Under the pieces are notes generated by a model that was not told the DNA's origin, did not search any database, and was given only the letters and a program-made list of their open reading frames with translations. This document shows positions 59,826 through 64,000 of a DNA stretch of 64,000 nt, one piece after another (positions within the stretch are counted from its first letter, which is position 1; every line of letters begins with the position of its first letter). A program made the translations under genes and the position numbers. This DNA comes from an uncultured Gemmatimonadales bacterium (GTDB taxonomy: Bacteria > Gemmatimonadota > Gemmatimonadetes > Gemmatimonadales > Gemmatimonadaceae), in contig OY969695.1 of the NCBI GenBank assembly GCA_963701965.1, forward strand, positions 1,504,001-1,568,000, in the 5' to 3' direction.

Positions 59826-61445
59826 TCAGTGCGTGCGCACGACTCTGACCACAGGAGGTGCCCGCCGGGTCGCGATCGACGCCGTTGGCGCGCCGGAGCA
59901 CGTCGGGGTGATGTTCCCCCCGCGCGGATCGGCTTCGGTGGACGGGATCGGCAACAGGGTCGTGTGCAAATCCACCCGCCCGTTGGCCGCGCCGGCTGCC
60001 GAGTCGGGCCCTGACCTTCCTATGAACGTGGTGTCTTTCTCCGCCGCCACGTTGAAGTCGCGGAGTGCCATCACCCGATCCCCCTGCCCCTCGGCCAGCA
60101 AGCTGACGCGCTGCTCCCGCAGGAAGAAATCGCGCACCGACGCGTAGTCCGTCGGCGTCACGGTGAACGTGCGCAGGACGCCGGCGCCATTGGAGATGGC
60201 GGGCGTGGTCAGGGCGCTGGGCAGGCCACCCACCAACCTCCGCACGCTGTCGACCACGGTCGCCGCGTTCGCGAACTGGCGCAAGCCGAGATAGATCTGG
60301 GCGAGGTAGAATCGGAGTTGGACGCTCCGGACGATGGGCAGCGGCGTCTGCCCGGTCATATAACTCGACGTATTGATGATCCACGTCGATCCGAGCATGG
60401 GCGCCGGTGCCGCAGTCGGTCCGGCGCCGACGTTGGTGAACTTCACCAGGAAACGGGCGTCCGTCGTATCGATCTCGCTCATCGCGTCGAATATGGCGTA
60501 ATATCCGGGCGCGTCGGCAAAGATCGGGTTGGAGAGATCACCCGACGCCGTGCTGAACGAGTGCGACACGAATGCGTCGGTGTTGGGATTCGCCGCCGTG
60601 AGCGAGAGCGGCGCCCAGAGCACGCCGGCCGCCTGCAGCGCGCGGATGTCGGCCAGCGCCGAATCCAGCTGCGCCACGTTCGGCGAGCCCGGGCTCGTCG
60701 CCGTCGCGCCGCGGCCGTTCTGCCGCGCGATCGCCCACGCGTACTCGATGCGGGCTCGCACGCGCAACGCCATTGTCAGGGACTGCTGTGTCACCGCCGA
60801 GCTGCTGACCAGATTGAAGCTCGGGGGCCAGCTGAGACCCGAGACGCCCGCGGGGCCTGCCTTGACCAGCGAGTCCTGCGCCGAATCGAGCATGGCCACG
60901 ATCTCCTTCCAGACCAACTCATTGCACAGGATCGGCGCCAGTGGGGCGCTCGGCGTGGCGCCGACCTGGTGGATCGGCACACCGTTCGTGTCCCGCGACT
61001 CGGCCAGATACATGTAGTTGAGCGCCTTCATCGTCTCCAGCGCGCCGAACAACGCTTGCTGCTGCGCCCGCGGTAATGTCGCACCGTTCTCATTGATCGT
61101 CGGAATGACGGCGATGACCGTATCGGCTCCCTTGACCGTCTTGAAGAGGAGATCCCAGACCGTCCCGCCAATGAAGTCATCGGGCTGAATGGCGTGATTT
61201 CCCAACAGCTCGGTCTGGAACCGCGGTTCGGATGAGATGAAGTACGTGACGTCCCGGCCCAGCGCGTTGGACCAGATGGCCCAGTTGCCCGCATCGGGCC
61301 GCATGCCGTTCAACACCCCGGTGAACTCCACCTGCACGCCAGACTGATTGTGCGGGAAGGCGGTCGGTGCGTTGAAGTTCGGCACGACCGAGTTTTCGCA
61401 CGCGGTCACGCCGGTGATGAGTGCGAGTAAGCAATATGGGCGCAT
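59826..61445 (-). CDS. SusD/RagB-like lipoprotein 3
   Basis: Lipobox VTAC; REQRVSLLAEGQGDR; paralog of SusD2. Confidence 0.82.
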   Translation of the reverse strand: MRPYCLLALITGVTACENSVVPNFNAPTAFPHNQSGVQVEFTGVLNGMRPDAGNWAIWSNALGRDVTYFISSEPRFQTELLGNHAIQPDDFIGGTVWDLLFKTVKGADTVIAVIPTINENGATLPRAQQQALFGALETMKALNYMYLAESRDTNGVPIHQVGATPSAPLAPILCNELVWKEIVAMLDSAQDSLVKAGPAGVSGLSWPPSFNLVSSSAVTQQSLTMALRVRARIEYAWAIARQNGRGATATSPGSPNVAQLDSALADIRALQAAGVLWAPLSLTAANPNTDAFVSHSFSTASGDLSNPIFADAPGYYAIFDAMSEIDTTDARFLVKFTNVGAGPTAAPAPMLGSTWIINTSSYMTGQTPLPIVRSVQLRFYLAQIYLGLRQFANAATVVDSVRRLVGGLPSALTTPAISNGAGVLRTFTVTPTDYASVRDFFLREQRVSLLAEGQGDRVMALRDFNVAAEKDTTFIGRSGPDSAAGAANGRVDLHTTLLPIPSTEADPRGGNITPTCSGAPTASIATRRAPPVVRVVRTH

Positions 61446-61448
61446 GGG

Positions 61449-64000
61449 TCAGAACCCCAGGTCGAGAGAGACAAAGAAGCTCCGGACCGGGGGATACGGC
61501 GTCACGTCCTGCCCGCGCCCGATGTTCTGGGCACCGAAGTTCGAGACCTCGGGATCGAGCCCCATGTAGTTGGTCCAGGTCACGAGGTTGCGCCCGGAGA
61601 TCGAGATGGCCGCGTTGCTCAAAAAGCCTTGCCCGATGGTGCGGATGAGCCCAGTCGGCAGATCGTACTTGAGGGTCAGCTCCCGCAGCTTGAGGAACGA
61701 CGCTGGCTGAAGATACGGGGTGAGCCCGTTGGCCTCGGCGGTGAGCCGCGAGTTGGTCTCGGCGGCGTTGCCCCACGTGCCGTTGGCGTCGAAGTAGTTT
61801 TGCGAGAGGTTGGACACCCACATGCCCCCGCGCCAATCGAAGAACGCGTGGAGATGCAGCGGCCCGTAGTTCAGGTCCTCAGCGAATCCGAACATGAACG
61901 CGGGGTTCGCATCGCCGATCACCTGCAGGGTCGGCACACCGTTGACCATGCGGTCGCCCCACAGGGAGGACACGGACTTCCCAACGGCGACGCGATAGGC
62001 GCCGAAAGGGCTGGCCGCGAAGAAGTTGCCCGCGAAGAAGTCCGGCACCGGCAGGTTGTCGACGACGCTCTGGTTCCGGGAATAGTTCATATTGGTGGAC
62101 CAGGAGAACTTGCCCGTCTGAATCGGCGTGGCGGTCAACGTCAGCTCAATGCCGCGGTTGGTGAACTGGCCGCCGTTGAACCACTGCACCGTGAACCCGC
62201 TCGACGCCGGCACGGCGCCCAGGAGCAGCAGGTCCGTAATGCGTTTCTGATAGATCGTCGCCGTGAACTGGGCACGCGACTTGAAGAGCGTCACGTCGAA
62301 CCCGGTCTCGATGGACGTGTTCGTCTCGGGCCGGATGCCCGCGTTGCCCAACGTGTCGCCGAATTGGAGGCCGGTCGCCCCGGAGTACGTCGCCAGGAGG
62401 TTCGAGTTGAACTTGACGCCGTAGAGGGGCTGTGTGCCGGACTGACCATAGGCGAAACGGAGCTTGAACTCGTCCATGAACTTGAACGGGTTGATGAACC
62501 GGTAGGACGCCGCGGCCTTTGGGAACAGGTAATACGCGTTGATGCTGCCGTCGTTGGTGTTGGATTCGGCGTTCACGCCACCGGTCAGCGCCAGCCGGTC
62601 GTCGAACATCAGCAGGAGCTCCTGCGCGTAGAAGCCCTGGCTGATCACCTGCTGCTGCTTGAAGAACTGCTGCTGCACAACGCCGATCGGGAAGATCTGC
62701 GGCGTTGGCGGGAGCTGGAACGCGGCATTCTGCGGGTTGTAGAACACGTTCTCATCGTGCGTCATCCCGATCGACGTCGTCGCCGAGAGCCACTTGATCC
62801 CGGAATACTTGTGGACGGCGCTGAACGAGTAGTTGTACAGCCGGTTGTACGCCTGCCCGTACGTCGACGCGCCGGGGAACGGCGTGCTCAGTGCCTGCAC
62901 GGGCAGCGTGGGTGACGCATAGAACTGCGTGCGCTCGTTGGTGAAGTCTGCGCCGCCCTGAAAGACCACGTCGAGCAGGTGGTCTTTGGAGCTGAACGCT
63001 TTCCAATCCAGATTCGCGCCCAGGGTCGTGCGATTGACCTCATCGGGCGTGGCGATCAGATGCGCGTCGGCGAAGGCGTTGGCGTGCGTGCCGAACGGAT
63101 TCAGCACATACTGTCCGCCCGGCTGCGAGTTCATGTTGAAGAAGGACGGCGTATACGAGATGACGTCATATCCGGCAATGCCGTAGTTGTCATTGCCGTT
63201 GATCCCGCGCTGGGTCATCGACGCCGTGTAGGCGAGCTGCGCCGACGCGACCAACGTCGGGGAGGACGCGGGCCCGAAGTTCTGGGTGACGTTGGCGCGC
63301 GCCGACTGCTTGTGGTATCCGGTGTTGATCTGCGCGCCGTTGTCGTATTTCGTGAGGCCCGACAGGAAGTACGTCGTGACATTCGTGCCGCCGCGGACAC
63401 TCAAGTCCGTCTCGTACGACAGCTGGCCGCCCCCGTACAAATCGTTCTGGGCATCACAGAATCCGTTGCACGAGTTGAAATTGGCGTCGACTTCGGCCGC
63501 GCTGAGCCCGGCGGCTTGGCCGACCGTCTGCGCTTCCGCGAGCGAGAAGTGCTTGAGCGGCAGCGTGTTGGCGAGGGTGTACGTGCCGAACCGCTGGGTC
63601 GCGTCGATCGCGATCTTGCCCGCCACACCCTTTTTCGTCGTGATCATCACGACGCCCGCGGCCGCTTTGGCGCCGTAGATCGCCGAGGCGGCCGAGCCTT
63701 CGAGTACCTGGATCGATTCGATATCGGCCGGATTGAGATCCGCGGAGCGGTTGACGCTCTGGTCCTGGTTCGATGGACCATTCGTCACGTTGTTGAACGC
63801 GCCGGTGATCGAGTTGAGGGATGACTCGAAGGTGGCATTGCTGTAGATCACGCCATCGATCACGTAAAGCGGTTGCGCATTGGCGTAGATGGACGTCACG
63901 CCGCGCACCTGGATCTGCATCCCGCCCCCGGGGGCTCCCGAGTTCTGGTCGATCTGCGCACCGGGGACCTTGCCCTGGAGCGCGTTCTCCAGCGTGGGGG
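61449..64000 (-). CDS. SusC/RagA TonB-dependent transporter 3 (5' end outside window)
   Basis: Frame stays open to the window edge (ENALQGKVPG...SGAPGGG); PLYVIDGV, AASAIYGAKAAAGVV.ITTKKG, ends DLGF. Confidence 0.93.
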   Translation of the reverse strand, partial: PTLENALQGKVPGAQIDQNSGAPGGGMQIQVRGVTSIYANAQPLYVIDGVIYSNATFESSLNSITGAFNNVTNGPSNQDQSVNRSADLNPADIESIQVLEGSAASAIYGAKAAAGVVMITTKKGVAGKIAIDATQRFGTYTLANTLPLKHFSLAEAQTVGQAAGLSAAEVDANFNSCNGFCDAQNDLYGGGQLSYETDLSVRGGTNVTTYFLSGLTKYDNGAQINTGYHKQSARANVTQNFGPASSPTLVASAQLAYTASMTQRGINGNDNYGIAGYDVISYTPSFFNMNSQPGGQYVLNPFGTHANAFADAHLIATPDEVNRTTLGANLDWKAFSSKDHLLDVVFQGGADFTNERTQFYASPTLPVQALSTPFPGASTYGQAYNRLYNYSFSAVHKYSGIKWLSATTSIGMTHDENVFYNPQNAAFQLPPTPQIFPIGVVQQQFFKQQQVISQGFYAQELLLMFDDRLALTGGVNAESNTNDGSINAYYLFPKAAASYRFINPFKFMDEFKLRFAYGQSGTQPLYGVKFNSNLLATYSGATGLQFGDTLGNAGIRPETNTSIETGFDVTLFKSRAQFTATIYQKRITDLLLLGAVPASSGFTVQWFNGGQFTNRGIELTLTATPIQTGKFSWSTNMNYSRNQSVVDNLPVPDFFAGNFFAASPFGAYRVAVGKSVSSLWGDRMVNGVPTLQVIGDANPAFMFGFAEDLNYGPLHLHAFFDWRGGMWVSNLSQNYFDANGTWGNAAETNSRLTAEANGLTPYLQPASFLKLRELTLKYDLPTGLIRTIGQGFLSNAAISISGRNLVTWTNYMGLDPEVSNFGAQNIGRGQDVTPYPPVRSFFVSLDLGF

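Overview
High-GC, very gene-dense bacterial chromosomal segment. Gemmatimonadota-like by inference from gene content and protein style; not verified. From left to right it holds: (1) a minus-strand DNA end-resection cluster nurA-herA-(secreted protein)-mre11/sbcD-rad50/sbcC-GNAT, the four-gene set best known from archaea; (2) an aminotransferase, a degenerate DEAD-box-like protein, a receiver-AraC regulator and coaE-gcvH-lipoyl transferase; (3) an Opp/Dpp ABC operon with a POT transporter; (4) Omp85, PspA-like, PuuD-like, Zn-finger/SPFH, M28 peptidase and three glycosyltransferase genes; (5) thiO-like, lipA-pdhABC-lpdA-lipB-uvrD-dinB-family, then dnaE-accA-ricT-metG; (6) three tandem SusC/SusD pairs with no adjacent CAZymes, one SusC carrying a CxxCH motif. 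Four genes (SPFH, uvrD, DinB-family, accA) are frameshifted, most likely by sequencing or assembly errors. Many genes look leaderless, with TANNNT 6-9 nt before the start codon. No rRNA, tRNA, CRISPR array or mobile element was recognised. All product calls come from reading motifs by eye; no searches were run.
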